Assembly: GCA_050248855.1 (NCBI GenBank)
Contig: JBFWRP010000003.1
Span: 1-64,000 of the forward strand
From: Planctomycetota bacterium
Lineage (GTDB): Bacteria; Planctomycetota; PLA2; JAEUHO01
Length of the DNA stretch: 64,000 nucleotides
Reading direction: 5' to 3'
Shown here: positions 47,499-59,142 of the stretch, one piece after another
How positions within the stretch are numbered: position 1 is the first letter of the stretch
Layout of the letters: each line of letters starts with the position of its first letter
The notes under the pieces: model-generated
Seen by the model: only the letters and a program-made list of their open reading frames with translations
Databases searched by the model: none
What the model was told of the DNA's origin: nothing
Made by a program: the position numbers and the translations under genes

Positions 47499-49328
47499 CT
47501 ACGACGAGCGGGCGCGCTCCATGCGGGCCTGGCGGCGGCGGTCGGTCTCCTTGAGCATGCGCTTGCGCAGGCGCAGGCTCTTCGGAGTGACCTCGAGCAG
47601 CTCGTCGTCGGCCAGGAACTCGAGGCTCTCCTCGACGCCCTTGCGGATGGGCGGCGGGTAGTCGGACTTCTCGTCGCTGCCCGACGCGCGCATGTTCGTG
47701 AGCGCCTTGCGCCGACAGGGGTTGACGAGGACGTCTTCCTCGCGGCGATGCTCGCCGGTGATCTGGCCCTCGTAGACGGCCTCACCGGCGTCCACGAAGA
47801 ACGTGCCACGATCGACCAGTGCATTCAGGGCGTACGCGGTGACCTGCCCGGTCTCGCTGGCCACTTGGCTGCCCGTCTTGCGTCGCGGGAGGTCGCCCCG
47901 CCACGTGTCGTAGCGCGCGAACACGCTCGAGAGCACGGCCTCGCCGCGCGTGGCCGACAGCATGCGGCTACGCAGGCCGATCAGGCCGCGCGAGGGCGCC
48001 TCGAAGGTGAGGAACGCCAAGTCGCCTTGCGTCTTCATGTCGAGCAGCTCGCCGCGACGGCGCCCGAGCATCTCGATGACGCGTCCGGCGTCGTCCGGCG
48101 GGACCTCGACGTGTACGGTCTCGATGGGCTCGAGCAGACCGTCCTCGGTCTCCTTCAAGAGCACGCGGGGACGGCCCACGGAGAACTCGTAGCCCTCGCG
48201 ACGCAGCGTCTCGATGAGGATCCCGAGGTGGAGGATGCCGCGTCCGCGCACCTCGAAGCTGTCCGACTCGTTGCCCGTGCCCAGCTGCAGCGCCACGTCT
48301 TCCTGGGCTGCCCGTTCGAGCCGCGCGCGCAAGTGGCGCGACGTGACGTACTCGCCCTCCGTGCCGGCGGTGGGGGAGTCGTTGACGCGGAACTCCATCG
48401 CCAGCGTGGGGGCTTCGATGGTCATCTGCCACGGCTCGACCGGGCGCAGCGGGTCGGTGATCGTGTCGCCGATCTCGACGCCCTCCAGGCCCGAGATGGC
48501 CACGATGTCGCCCGTGGAGGCGCCGTCCACGGGCACGCGCTGCATGCCCTGGTACGCGAACAGCTTGACGCCGCCCTGCGAGCGCTTGGTGCCGTCGCGC
48601 TTCAGCGCCATGAGGTTGTCGCCCTCCCTGACGATGCCCGTCTCGAGGCGGCCGACGGCGATGCGGCCCGCGAAGCGATCCACGATGACGTCGCAGATGG
48701 GCAGACCCATCGCGCCCTCCGTGTCGGCCTTGGGCGCCGGCACGTGCTGCACGATGGCGTCGAGCACGGGAGCGAGGTTGGGCTGCAGGGCGTCGGGCGA
48801 GGGACCCGCCACGCCCGAGCGCCCCGAGGCGTAGACCACGGGGAAGTGCAGCTCGTCCTCGTCCGCGCCAAGGTCGATGAACAGGTCGTAGACCAGGTCG
48901 AGCACCTGGCCCGGACGCGCGTCGCGACGGTCGACCTTGTTGATGATCACGATGGGCTTCAGCCCCGCCTCGCGCGCCTTGCGCAGCACGAAGCGCGTCT
49001 GGGGCAGCGGGCCCTCGTAGGCGTCGACCAGCAGCAGCACGCCGTCGGCCATGCGCAGCACGCGCTCGACCTCGCCACCGAAGTCGGCGTGCCCGGGCGT
49101 GTCGATGAGGTTGATCTTGATGTCGCCGTACTGGATGGCGCAGCACTTGGAGAAGATCGTGATGCCGCGCTCGCCTTCGAGCGCGTTGCTGTCCATGACC
49201 AGCTTCTCGTCCTCGGGCAGCGCCGCGAGCGCGCCGGCCGTGAGCAGCAGGCGGTCCACGAGGGTCGTCTTGCCGTGGTCGACGTGGGCGACGACGGCGA
49301 CGTTGCGGATCGAGGCGGAGGGGTGCAT
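47499..49328 (-). CDS. typA: Translational GTPase TypA/BipA
   Basis: AHVDHGKTT, ERGITI, DTPGHADFGGEVER, GRGILHL, LTNMRASG, EVTPKSLRLRK. Confidence 0.97.
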   Translation of the reverse strand: MHPSASIRNVAVVAHVDHGKTTLVDRLLLTAGALAALPEDEKLVMDSNALEGERGITIFSKCCAIQYGDIKINLIDTPGHADFGGEVERVLRMADGVLLLVDAYEGPLPQTRFVLRKAREAGLKPIVIINKVDRRDARPGQVLDLVYDLFIDLGADEDELHFPVVYASGRSGVAGPSPDALQPNLAPVLDAIVQHVPAPKADTEGAMGLPICDVIVDRFAGRIAVGRLETGIVREGDNLMALKRDGTKRSQGGVKLFAYQGMQRVPVDGASTGDIVAISGLEGVEIGDTITDPLRPVEPWQMTIEAPTLAMEFRVNDSPTAGTEGEYVTSRHLRARLERAAQEDVALQLGTGNESDSFEVRGRGILHLGILIETLRREGYEFSVGRPRVLLKETEDGLLEPIETVHVEVPPDDAGRVIEMLGRRRGELLDMKTQGDLAFLTFEAPSRGLIGLRSRMLSATRGEAVLSSVFARYDTWRGDLPRRKTGSQVASETGQVTAYALNALVDRGTFFVDAGEAVYEGQITGEHRREEDVLVNPCRRKALTNMRASGSDEKSDYPPPIRKGVEESLEFLADDELLEVTPKSLRLRKRMLKETDRRRQARMERARSS

Positions 49329-49502
49329 GGCGGTGGGGCCCGTGGGGAGGGTGAAACCCCCGAGGGTACCGCTGCCCCGTCCGCCTGCCGCACTCCCGCG
49401 CACGGTCCCGGTCGGGGTCGAGCCCCTTTCCAGGCCCTTCACCGCCGATTCCCCGAGGACGGGAGGCGTGACCCGCCGCCGCGTCCCCCGTACCGTCCCC
49501 CC

Positions 49503-50936
49503 ATGCGTCTCGTCCGCACCAAGATCATCGCCACGGTCGGTCCCGCCTCACGGGACCTCGAGATCCTCACGGAGCTGATCCGGGAGGGTGTCGACGTCTT
49601 CCGGGTGAACGCGGCCCACACCCCGGCCGAGGAGCTGGCCCCGTGGGTGCGGCGGATCCGTCGTGCCGCCCGCGTGGCCGGTCGCACGGTAGCCACGCTG
49701 GTCGACCTGCCGGGCACCAAGGTGCGCGTCGGGTCGCTCGGCAGTGTCGGCGGCATCGAGCTCGTCGAGGGCCAGCGCGTGGAGATCGTCCGGGGCACGT
49801 CCGGTGGCAGCGCGCGGCGCATCCCCGTGTCGCCCATGCCGTGGCTCGACCATCTGGCCCGCGGCGCGCGTGTGCTGCTGGCCGACGGCCAGATCGAGCT
49901 GGCCGTCGTGGGGTCCACCGACGACGGCGTGAACGCCGAGGTCGTCCAGGGCGGCCGCCTCCTGGCGGGCAAGGGCGCCGACTTCCCGGGCGCCCGCCTG
50001 CCCACCCGCGTGCCCACGGCCCGCGACGTCAAGCTGCTCGAGGCCGCGTTCGCGGCCGACGCCGACGCCATCGCACTGTCGTTCGTCCGCAACGGCAAGG
50101 ACGTCGAGCGCGCGCGCAAGCACCTCGGGCGCCTGGGCAACCGCGACTTCGACATCGTCAGCAAGATCGAGCGCGAGGACGCCGTCGAGGACTTGGACGA
50201 CATCCTGGTGCGCTCCAACCAGGCCATCGTCGCCCGTGGCGACCTGGGCGTGGACGTGGGCCCCGAGCGCGTGCCTTCCCTCCAGCGGCAGATCCTGGAC
50301 GCGTGTCGTCGCCACGGCCGCCCCGGCTACATCGCGACCGAGATGCTCGAGACCATGATCGAGCGCTCGCGGCCGACGCGCGCGGAGGCCAGCGACGTCG
50401 CGGGCTCGGTGTTCGAGGGCGCCGACGGCGTGATGCTGTCCGCGGAGACGGCCGTGGGCAAGCACCCCGTGCTGGCCGTGCGCACCATGGACCGCATCCT
50501 CGCCGCGGCGGAGGCCGACCCCAGCGCGCCCTACGCGCTCGAGCCCGGCTTCGTACCGCCCGACGCCACGGTCCACCGCCGCGACCAGCACGTCGTGCGG
50601 GCCGCCGTGGTGCTCGCCTCGCAGGTCAAGGCCGCTGCCATCGTCGTGTTCACGCGCGAAGGGGCCTCGGCGCTGCGGATGTCCAAGGAGCGCCCGCGCG
50701 CCCCGATCCTCGCCTACGCGCCCTACCCCCACATCGTGCGACGCGTGGCGCTCGCCTGGGGCGTGCGCCCGCGCCGCCTGCCGACGGGCAGCAACACCGA
50801 CGCCCGCGTCGAAGCCGTCGCCAAGCGGCTGCGTGACGAAGAGGGCCTGCCCCCCGGCTCGGCCGTCGTCCTCGTGATGGGCGGCGCCACCGACCCCGTC
50901 GGCACCACCACCATGATCAAGCTGCTGCGGCTTTGA
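49503..50936 (+). CDS. pyk: Pyruvate kinase
   Basis: TKIIATVGPAS, KIE, ARGDLG, ATEMLETM, PTRAEASDV, DGVMLS.ETAVG. Confidence 0.95.
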   Translation: MRLVRTKIIATVGPASRDLEILTELIREGVDVFRVNAAHTPAEELAPWVRRIRRAARVAGRTVATLVDLPGTKVRVGSLGSVGGIELVEGQRVEIVRGTSGGSARRIPVSPMPWLDHLARGARVLLADGQIELAVVGSTDDGVNAEVVQGGRLLAGKGADFPGARLPTRVPTARDVKLLEAAFAADADAIALSFVRNGKDVERARKHLGRLGNRDFDIVSKIEREDAVEDLDDILVRSNQAIVARGDLGVDVGPERVPSLQRQILDACRRHGRPGYIATEMLETMIERSRPTRAEASDVAGSVFEGADGVMLSAETAVGKHPVLAVRTMDRILAAAEADPSAPYALEPGFVPPDATVHRRDQHVVRAAVVLASQVKAAAIVVFTREGASALRMSKERPRAPILAYAPYPHIVRRVALAWGVRPRRLPTGSNTDARVEAVAKRLRDEEGLPPGSAVVLVMGGATDPVGTTTMIKLLRL

Positions 50937-50946
50937 CGCAGCGCCG

Positions 50947-52473
50947 TCAGGCGGGCGTTGTCGGGACCTCGCCCTTGCCCAGCTTCCGTTTCACCCAGGC
51001 GAAGAGCTTCTTGAAGGCTTGGCCGTGGCCGTCGTCGTGGGGGGACTCGGGCAGGCCCTCGACTTCGTGGAGGTAGAAGCGGAAGCAGGACTGGACGATG
51101 CTCGCGGTGGGGACGGCCAGCAGCGCGCCCCAGACGCCGAAGTAGTGTTCGCCCGCGAGCAGCGCGAAGATGATGATCACGGGGTGCATGCGGGCGTGGC
51201 TGCCCATGATGAGCGGGTTCAGGAGGTTGCCCTCGATGACGTGGATCACGATGATCCACACGAGCGAGAGGACGCCCTTCTCGATGCTGTCCGTGCTGGC
51301 GATCACCACGATGGGGATTGACGACAAGATCGTGCCGAAGATCGGGATCAGGCTGAGCACGGCGGCAAGCAAGCCGAGCCACGTGGCGCCCTTGACGCCC
51401 AGCAACAACAGGCCGAGCCACGTGAGCACGCCGTTGACGAGGCAGATCATGAGCTGGCCGCGGATGACGCCAGCCAGGCCGTCGTCGACGTAGCGCATGA
51501 GCTTGCCGTAGCCGGGCTTGTAGGGATCGGGCGGCAGGCTGGCGAAGAACGTGCCGATGGCCTTGCGGTCCATCACGAGGAACGCCGTGATCATCAGGAT
51601 CAGGAAGAACTGGTACACGGACAGCACGAGCTTGCCCGCCAGGCCCAAGGCGCCCTTGGTGACGCGGTCGGGCAGGTCCTCGGACAGGGCCTGCGCCTTC
51701 ACGGCCACGAACTCGCGCAGGCTCGTGGGCTCGATGTCGATGCCGCGTGCGGCGAGGTTGCGCACCACCGGTCCGATGATGTGCCGCTCGAAGGCCAGCT
51801 CGGAGCCGGGCGGGTCGATGCCCGCCGCCACGCCCACGGCGGGCGCCTCGGCCTCGTCCGAGCCCAGCGGCTTGATCGCGGTGGGGTCTGCGACGTGGAG
51901 CACCGCGTCCTTCTCGGGTCGGGGCGCCCCCTGCGGGGCCTCGACGATCTCGAGCAGCGCCTCCACGCGCTTGGCATCCGGCTCGATGCGGGCCTCGTGC
52001 AGCGTCTTCCACGTGATGGCCCGTCCTGCGGGCCCGCTCGTCAGCACGGTGCCGACGGGAATCACGAGGGCGTGGTGGGGGCCGTCCAGCGGACGTTCCA
52101 AGGTGAAGACGGCCCGGCCGCCTTCCTCGCGGAGGGCCTCGGAGACGTCGGATGCCGCGGAGCGGACGGTCGTGGCCAGCTTGACCACGGCCTTCCACCC
52201 GGCGAAGGCCAAGGTCCCCACGAGGAGGCCGTAGAGGACGACCACGATGGGCCCGCGTCCCCAGTCGATGCCGAACAGCTTGCGCTGCTTGACCCAGCGC
52301 ACGATGGGCTCGATCAGGTACGCCAGGAAGATGGCCATCAAGAACGGGAACAGCACCTCGTGGAACAGCGCGAGGAGCGCCAGGTACACGGCCAGGAACC
52401 CCAGCAAGATGCGCACGTTGGGCTTGCGGGGACCCGGCAGGGCCGGAGGCGGCGTGGACGACGAAGCGGTCAT
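50947..52473 (-). CDS. AI-2E family transporter with an inserted beta-rich domain
   Basis: PF..AIFLAYLIEP, IRGQL, LIPIFG, IEGNLLNP.IMG, MHPVIIIFALLAG, GALLAVP. Confidence 0.88.
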   Translation of the reverse strand: MTASSSTPPPALPGPRKPNVRILLGFLAVYLALLALFHEVLFPFLMAIFLAYLIEPIVRWVKQRKLFGIDWGRGPIVVVLYGLLVGTLAFAGWKAVVKLATTVRSAASDVSEALREEGGRAVFTLERPLDGPHHALVIPVGTVLTSGPAGRAITWKTLHEARIEPDAKRVEALLEIVEAPQGAPRPEKDAVLHVADPTAIKPLGSDEAEAPAVGVAAGIDPPGSELAFERHIIGPVVRNLAARGIDIEPTSLREFVAVKAQALSEDLPDRVTKGALGLAGKLVLSVYQFFLILMITAFLVMDRKAIGTFFASLPPDPYKPGYGKLMRYVDDGLAGVIRGQLMICLVNGVLTWLGLLLLGVKGATWLGLLAAVLSLIPIFGTILSSIPIVVIASTDSIEKGVLSLVWIIVIHVIEGNLLNPLIMGSHARMHPVIIIFALLAGEHYFGVWGALLAVPTASIVQSCFRFYLHEVEGLPESPHDDGHGQAFKKLFAWVKRKLGKGEVPTTPA

Positions 52474-53878
52474 GGCTGGGTCCCTCGGCTCCCGGTCGCC
52501 GTCGCGTCCGCGCTCGGCGCGTCGGATCCTACTTGCCGCGTGGGTCGGCCGCGGGCTCGTGCTGGCGGCGCTCCTCCTGGCCGTGCCGCGGGCCGCCTCG
52601 GCGGAGGAGGTGGGGCCGGCGGCCTTCCCGGACGCGGAGCGCGCCGCCGCGGCGCTGGCGAGCACGAACGAGGCCCGCCGAGCGGCCGCCCGTGCGGCGC
52701 TGCGGACCGTCGACATCCCCGCGGATCGCACCACGCGTGTCGCGCGGGCGCTGTCCCGCGCGCTGTCCGTCGCTCGCGACACCGACCGCCCCGACGAGCG
52801 ACTCGAGCTCGTCGACCTCTTGACCCGCGTCGACGACGCCCTCGCGCTGGAGGCGCTGCTGGCCCATCTGGATCCCGAGGAGGAGCCCGACGAGCGGATC
52901 TGGGCGGCGGCGGTGGACGGGATCGCGCGTCGTGCCGACGATGCCGCGCTCGCCCGCGCGCTGGTCACGTCGGTCGCCGACGAGGATGCGCCCCCGCTCG
53001 CGCGTGCCCTGCGCTTGGAGCTGCTGGGCGCGCTGCACCATCCGGCCGCCACGCTGCGCCTGCTCCTGCCGCGCGCCGGCGAGACGTGGCCCGAGGCCGC
53101 GACGCGGGCGCGGGCCTTGGCCAGGCAACCCACACCCGAGCGGCTCGAGGGGCTGGTCACGCTGTTGGGTCACGAGGCCCTGGGCGTGCGTCGCGTCGCG
53201 TGGGAGGGGCTCTCGCGCGCCACGGGCTGGAACCTCGCCGCCGAACGCGAGGTCTGGGAAGAGGCGTTTCGCACACCGCCCGAGGACGATGCGGAGGCCG
53301 GTCGCTACGCCAAGGCACGGCCTGTACACGTCCCGCACTACTACGGCATCCCGATCCCGCGGCCCGGCAGTGCCGTCGTGTTCTGCCTGGACGTGAGCCA
53401 GAGCATGTACGGCCGCGGCATCGACTTGGCCCGCGCGCACCTGCACCGCACGATCCACGACCTGCCCGCATCGCATCGCTTCGCGATCGCCGCGTTCCAC
53501 ACCGGCGTCCGCGTGTTCGCCGACCGGCTCGTGGAGTCGCACCCCGTGCAGAAGGCGCGCGCGCTGGCTTGGCTCGACGCGCTCGACACGACCGCCTACA
53601 CGAACATGATCGAGGCGCTGGACTGGGCCTACGGGCTGGCAGGGCGGGGGCCCTTGGCGCGCGACCCGGCCGAGACGCTCGATGCCGTGTTCCTGCTGAG
53701 CGACGGCGCGCCCAACCGGGGCCGCATCACGGACGGCAAGCGGTTGGTCGAGGCCGTGCGGGCGTATGCCGGGGGGGACCTGCCCCTCAACACCATTGGC
53801 GCCGGCGAGGAGGTCTTCCCGCTGCTCCAGGGCATGGCCGCGGCGGGCGGGGGGACGTTCGTGGACGCCTTCGAGTAG
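52472..53878 (+). CDS. Exported HEAT-like plus VWA domain protein
   Basis: Signal-like segment ending RAASA; MIDAS DVSQS; FLLSDGAP; start 52472 or GTG 52559. Confidence 0.8.
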   Translation: MAGSLGSRSPSRPRSARRILLAAWVGRGLVLAALLLAVPRAASAEEVGPAAFPDAERAAAALASTNEARRAAARAALRTVDIPADRTTRVARALSRALSVARDTDRPDERLELVDLLTRVDDALALEALLAHLDPEEEPDERIWAAAVDGIARRADDAALARALVTSVADEDAPPLARALRLELLGALHHPAATLRLLLPRAGETWPEAATRARALARQPTPERLEGLVTLLGHEALGVRRVAWEGLSRATGWNLAAEREVWEEAFRTPPEDDAEAGRYAKARPVHVPHYYGIPIPRPGSAVVFCLDVSQSMYGRGIDLARAHLHRTIHDLPASHRFAIAAFHTGVRVFADRLVESHPVQKARALAWLDALDTTAYTNMIEALDWAYGLAGRGPLARDPAETLDAVFLLSDGAPNRGRITDGKRLVEAVRAYAGGDLPLNTIGAGEEVFPLLQGMAAAGGGTFVDAFE

Positions 53879-53939
53879 CCGGCGACGTGGGGGCGGCGGA
53901 AGTTCACCTCCCCGGGCGAATCGGCCTACCTTCGCGCCC

Positions 53940-55056
53940 ATGACCACGGCCGCCGACGTCCGCAAGACCCTCCTCGACCTGCGCGAGCGCTTCGACCAGG
54001 TCCGGGGGCGTCTTTGACCTCTCCGCACGACGCGCCGAGCGGAACGACCTCGAAGCGAGGATGAGTGAGCAGGGGTTCTGGGACGACGCCGAGTCGGCCC
54101 AGAAGACCGTCGAGCGCCTGCGCTCGGTGAAGGCCGTGCTCGAGCCCTGGGAGCGGTTCGAGCCGCGGCTGGCCGACGCCGAGGCGCTGCTCGAGCTGGC
54201 CGAGGAAGAGAACGACGCGGGCACGGTCGCCGAGTGCGCCGGGGAGGCGGAAGGGCTCGCGAGCGACCTCGACGGCCTCGAGCTGAAGGCCATGCTGTCG
54301 GGCCCGCTCGATGCGAAGAACGCGTATCTGCAAGTGCAGGCCGGAGCCGGCGGCACGGAGTCGTGCGACTGGGCCGAGATGCTGCTGCGCATGTACATGC
54401 GCTGGGCCGAGCGCGAGGGCTTCAGCGTCGAGGAGATCGACCGCCACGAGAACGAGGAAGCGGGCATCCGCGGCGCGACCGTCGAGATCAAGGGGCCCTA
54501 CGTGTACGGCTGGCTGAAGAGCGAGGCCGGCGTGCACCGCCTCGTGCGCATCAGTCCGTTCGATGCGCAGAGCCGTCGGCAGACGACCTTCGCGTCCGTC
54601 GATGTGACGCCCGTGGCCGACGAGACCGTGGAGCTCGAGATCCGCGATGCCGACCTCGAGATCGAGACGTACCGCGCCGGAGGCGCGGGCGGCCAGCACG
54701 TGAACAAGACCGAGTCCGCCGTGCGCATCCGCCACGTGCCGACCGGGGTGGTGGCCGCCTGCCAGAACGAGCGCAGCCAGCACCGCAACCGGAAGATGGC
54801 CATGCAGATGCTCAAGGCCAAGCTGCTGCGTCTGGAAGAAGACAAGCGCAACGAGGACGCGGCCAACCGCTACGACGAGAAGGGCGAGATCGCCTGGGGC
54901 AGCCAGATCCGCAGCTACGTGCTCCACCCCTACCAGCTCGTCAAGGACCACCGCACCGACCACGAGACGGGCAACATCCAAGCCGTCCTCGACGGCGACC
55001 TGATGCCCTTCATGGAAGCGCGCCTCAAGCAGCAGATGGGCGACGGCGCGGCGTAA
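53940..55056 (+). CDS. prfB: Peptide chain release factor 2 (programmed +1 frameshift)
   Basis: CTT TGA C at 54012-54018 joins two frames; SPF and GGQ motifs, WGSQIRSY. Confidence 0.97.
54004..54018 (+). promoter_or_regulatory. prfB +1 frameshift signal
   Basis: GGGGG internal SD-like run, then CGT CTT TGA C. Confidence 0.93.
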
Positions 55057-55066
55057 GGCCGGCCGG

Positions 55067-55156
55067 CGAACCGCGCCCCCTCCGTGTCAGTTCTTCATGC
55101 CGACGGCAAAGCCCGTACGGAGGCGGCGCCGCGGCAAGGGATCTGGCCCATCCGGG
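55067..55156. repeat. Modular intergenic repeat (short copy 3)
   Basis: CGAACCGCGCCCCCT.CGTGTCAG as at 42512; AAAGCCCGTACGGAGGCGG as at 47248; CCGCGGCAAGGG...CATCCGGG. Confidence 0.75.
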
Positions 55157-55160
55157 TTCG

Positions 55161-56096
55161 CTACTTGAACACGCTGTAGTCGTACGGGTCGGGCTGGTTG
55201 CTCGGCGGCGGCTTCGCGGCATCCACCAAGCGGAACGCCGCGAAGGTTGCAGCGCCGACGAGCACCGTGACCACGGCCGCACGACCGACGAGGGGCAGCG
55301 CCTTCACCCCGACCACCAGCAACGCCACGACGAGGCCCGCCACGAGCGCGGCGACGGCCGTCGCCGGCAGCCCGACGTGGCCCTCGTAGTTGAGGCTCAG
55401 CCACCCGGAGACGCCAAGTGCCACGAAGAGTGCCGAGAGCGGAAGCGCCGCGGCACGCGACGGGGACTCGCCGCCCAGCACGAAACGAACGCCCACGAAC
55501 GTCCCGAGGGCCGCCGCCATCAAACCGGTGGCGCGGCCGAGGATCGCGGAGCTGCCCGCAATCGCCAGCAGCAGGGACAGGCCCGTGAGGCCCACGAGCC
55601 ATGCGATGCCCGCGACATCGAGGCGTGCGTCGTCGCGCCCCGCGCCTGAGGTGAGCCCTGCGAGCAGCGTCGTGACGACGCCCCCCAGGCCCGCGAGCAT
55701 CCAGCGCTCGCCTTCGCCCACGCGGTGGGGGACGAACGGGCCGGCGATCAGCCACGTCGCCAATCCGCCGAGCAGCAGCGCGGCCACGGCACGCCCGAGC
55801 AGCGGCAGCTTCATCGCCTGGCCGATCGCCGCCACCAGGCCCGCGCCGACCGCGATCCACGCCACCCAGAGCCACGCGCTCTCGCCCGCAGCCAAGGGCA
55901 AGCTCGGCCATTGCTCGATCCGGGACAGGCCGGCAGAGAAGGCGCTGGCAAGGCCCAGCGCCACGACCGCCCGGGCCCCGCGCGGTGCGCCTCCGCGCGC
56001 GAGCCCCACGGCCAGCAGCCCCGTCACCGCGGCGATCAGGACCGCCGGCCCGGCGTCGGACGCCGCGGTGACGAGGATCTCTCGAAGATCGGGCAC
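55161..56096 (-). CDS. Polytopic membrane protein, hypothetical
   Basis: About ten hydrophobic segments; 9 nt downstream of the YceI gene. Confidence 0.7.
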   Translation of the reverse strand: MPDLREILVTAASDAGPAVLIAAVTGLLAVGLARGGAPRGARAVVALGLASAFSAGLSRIEQWPSLPLAAGESAWLWVAWIAVGAGLVAAIGQAMKLPLLGRAVAALLLGGLATWLIAGPFVPHRVGEGERWMLAGLGGVVTTLLAGLTSGAGRDDARLDVAGIAWLVGLTGLSLLLAIAGSSAILGRATGLMAAALGTFVGVRFVLGGESPSRAAALPLSALFVALGVSGWLSLNYEGHVGLPATAVAALVAGLVVALLVVGVKALPLVGRAAVVTVLVGAATFAAFRLVDAAKPPPSNQPDPYDYSVFK

Positions 56097-56105
56097 GAGC
56101 CGCGC

Positions 56106-56687
56106 CTACTGCGTGTGCGTCGTCGCGAACGCGAGGGTGATGTCGACCTCGTCGCTCAGGACGTTGGTGTCGTAGTTCATGCCGTAGTCGGTGCGGCGGA
56201 TCGAGAACGTGCCGTGGTAGCCGCGGCGGTGGTTGCCCCACGGGTCATCGACCTCGCCCACGAGCTCCATGCGCACGGTCACGGGCCGCGTGATGCCGTG
56301 AAGCGTGAGATCGCCCTCGATGCGGTAGCCGCCCTCGACCTTGGCGACCGTCTTGCTGGCGAAGCGCATCTCGGGGAACTGGGCCACGTTGAAGAAGTCG
56401 GGGCTCCTCAAGTGCTCGTCGCGCTTGCCGTTGCCGGTGTCGACGGACGCCGCCTTCACGGTCATCTGGACGCTGGCCTTGGACAAGTCGGCATCGTCCA
56501 CCGTGACCTTGCCGGAGAACTCGTTGAAGCGCCCGTAGACGTAGCCCACGCCGAGGTGCTTGATCCGGAACACGACGCTGCTGTGGACGGCGTCGATGTC
56601 GTAGGCGGTCGGGGCGGCCAAGGCGGCGCCGGTCACGAGCAGGAGGGCGCCCGCGAAGAGGGGCGCGCGGCGGAGGAGACGGGTCAT
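56106..56687 (-). CDS. YceI family protein
   Basis: Signal peptide; YDIDAVHSSV.F, RDEHLRSPDFF, GDLTLHGITR. Confidence 0.93.
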   Translation of the reverse strand: MTRLLRRAPLFAGALLLVTGAALAAPTAYDIDAVHSSVVFRIKHLGVGYVYGRFNEFSGKVTVDDADLSKASVQMTVKAASVDTGNGKRDEHLRSPDFFNVAQFPEMRFASKTVAKVEGGYRIEGDLTLHGITRPVTVRMELVGEVDDPWGNHRRGYHGTFSIRRTDYGMNYDTNVLSDEVDITLAFATTHTQ

Positions 56688-56755
56688 GGGAGCTCCAAGG
56701 GAGGGAGGGGGCGGACGTCGGCCCGCCGCGACGCACGGTAGGGGGACGAAAAGAC

Positions 56756-56771
56756 TGTTGCAACAATTATA
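56756..56771 (-). promoter_or_regulatory. -10 box and adjacent palindromic operator upstream of the YceI gene
   Basis: TATAAT on the minus strand at 56766-56771 abutting the palindrome TGTTGCAACA at 56756-56765. Confidence 0.6.
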
Positions 56772-56855
56772 CTAGGCCCAAGGTCCTGGAGGGCCCTGGA
56801 AACCGGCTTGGCGCGGGGTGGTCGGGCCGTCGGACGCCCTGGGTACACCCCCGCC

Positions 56856-58451
<1,596 letters not shown>

Positions 58452-58485
58452 ATGGCTCGCCAGGACGCGGCGGCAGCCGCGCGCT

Positions 58486-58521
58486 GTCGTCCTTGCGTGG
58501 GAGGACCACGCGGCGTCCTCC
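58486..58521 (-). repeat. Second copy of the hairpin motif at 38217-38251
   Basis: Reverse complement reads GGAGGACGCCGCGTGG-TCCTC-CCACGCAAGGACGAC. Confidence 0.85.
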
Positions 58522-58613
58522 ATCGCTTGCTGGCGCCTTCGCCCTGACGACCCGCCTGCGCGTCTTGGCAGGTGGCGATCAGGCGGGCGTGGAGGAATGG
58601 CTGCGGGTGGGCG

Positions 58614-58937
58614 CTAGGCGTTTGCACGGAGGCGCAGGCCCACGTGCTGAGCGCGGAGCTGGGCCTCGACCTGGGCCAGGATGGTGGTGGCGGAGCGGTC
58701 GGGCTTGCCCTGGTGCGTGATCTCGATGGTCTTGGGCAGTCCCCTGGTCTGCGGGTGTTGCCTCTCGAGCTCGCCGCCGGCCAGGAAGGCGAGGTAGGCG
58801 TTGACCTTCTTCACGAGCTCGTCCGCGAGCCTCCGGCTGCCCTTCAACGGGCCGGGTACGACGATGCCCAGGATCACCTCGCCGCGGTCGGGGTCGAGCG
58901 CGAGGCTGTCGAGCGAGTCGGGGTCGTGGACCGTCAC
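58614..58937 (-). CDS. DUF6572-like small protein
   Basis: D.LD.....D.GEV.L.I...L..KVNAYLAFL..GEL...P; GTG start at 58937 assumed. Confidence 0.6.
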   Translation of the reverse strand: MTVHDPDSLDSLALDPDRGEVILGIVVPGPLKGSRRLADELVKKVNAYLAFLAGGELERQHPQTRGLPKTIEITHQGKPDRSATTILAQVEAQLRAQHVGLRLRANA

Positions 58938-59142
58938 GAGGTGTTCAAGGTAGCGGGGAGCGCGGCAATCCAGGGCGACGGCGGCCGGGGGCGGTACCGT
59001 GCCCCGACGCGGCCACCGACGCGCGCCTCCCTGCGGCCCCGAGGGTTGCGGGGAGCTGGGCCTCGCGGGCCGCTGGCGACACCCTGCGAGGTGGCGCCTG
59101 CCCGGTGCGTGCACCCCTGCCGCGCCCTCGACCCGTGAACGG

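Noticed and set aside
47058..49502. Long N-terminal extension of pyruvate kinase (1292-aa ORF)
   Set aside because: Antisense shadow of typA; pyk homology starts at 49503
56688..56855. ZMP/ZTP riboswitch upstream of purH
   Set aside because: The conserved GACTGGCG and CGCCTGGG elements were not found
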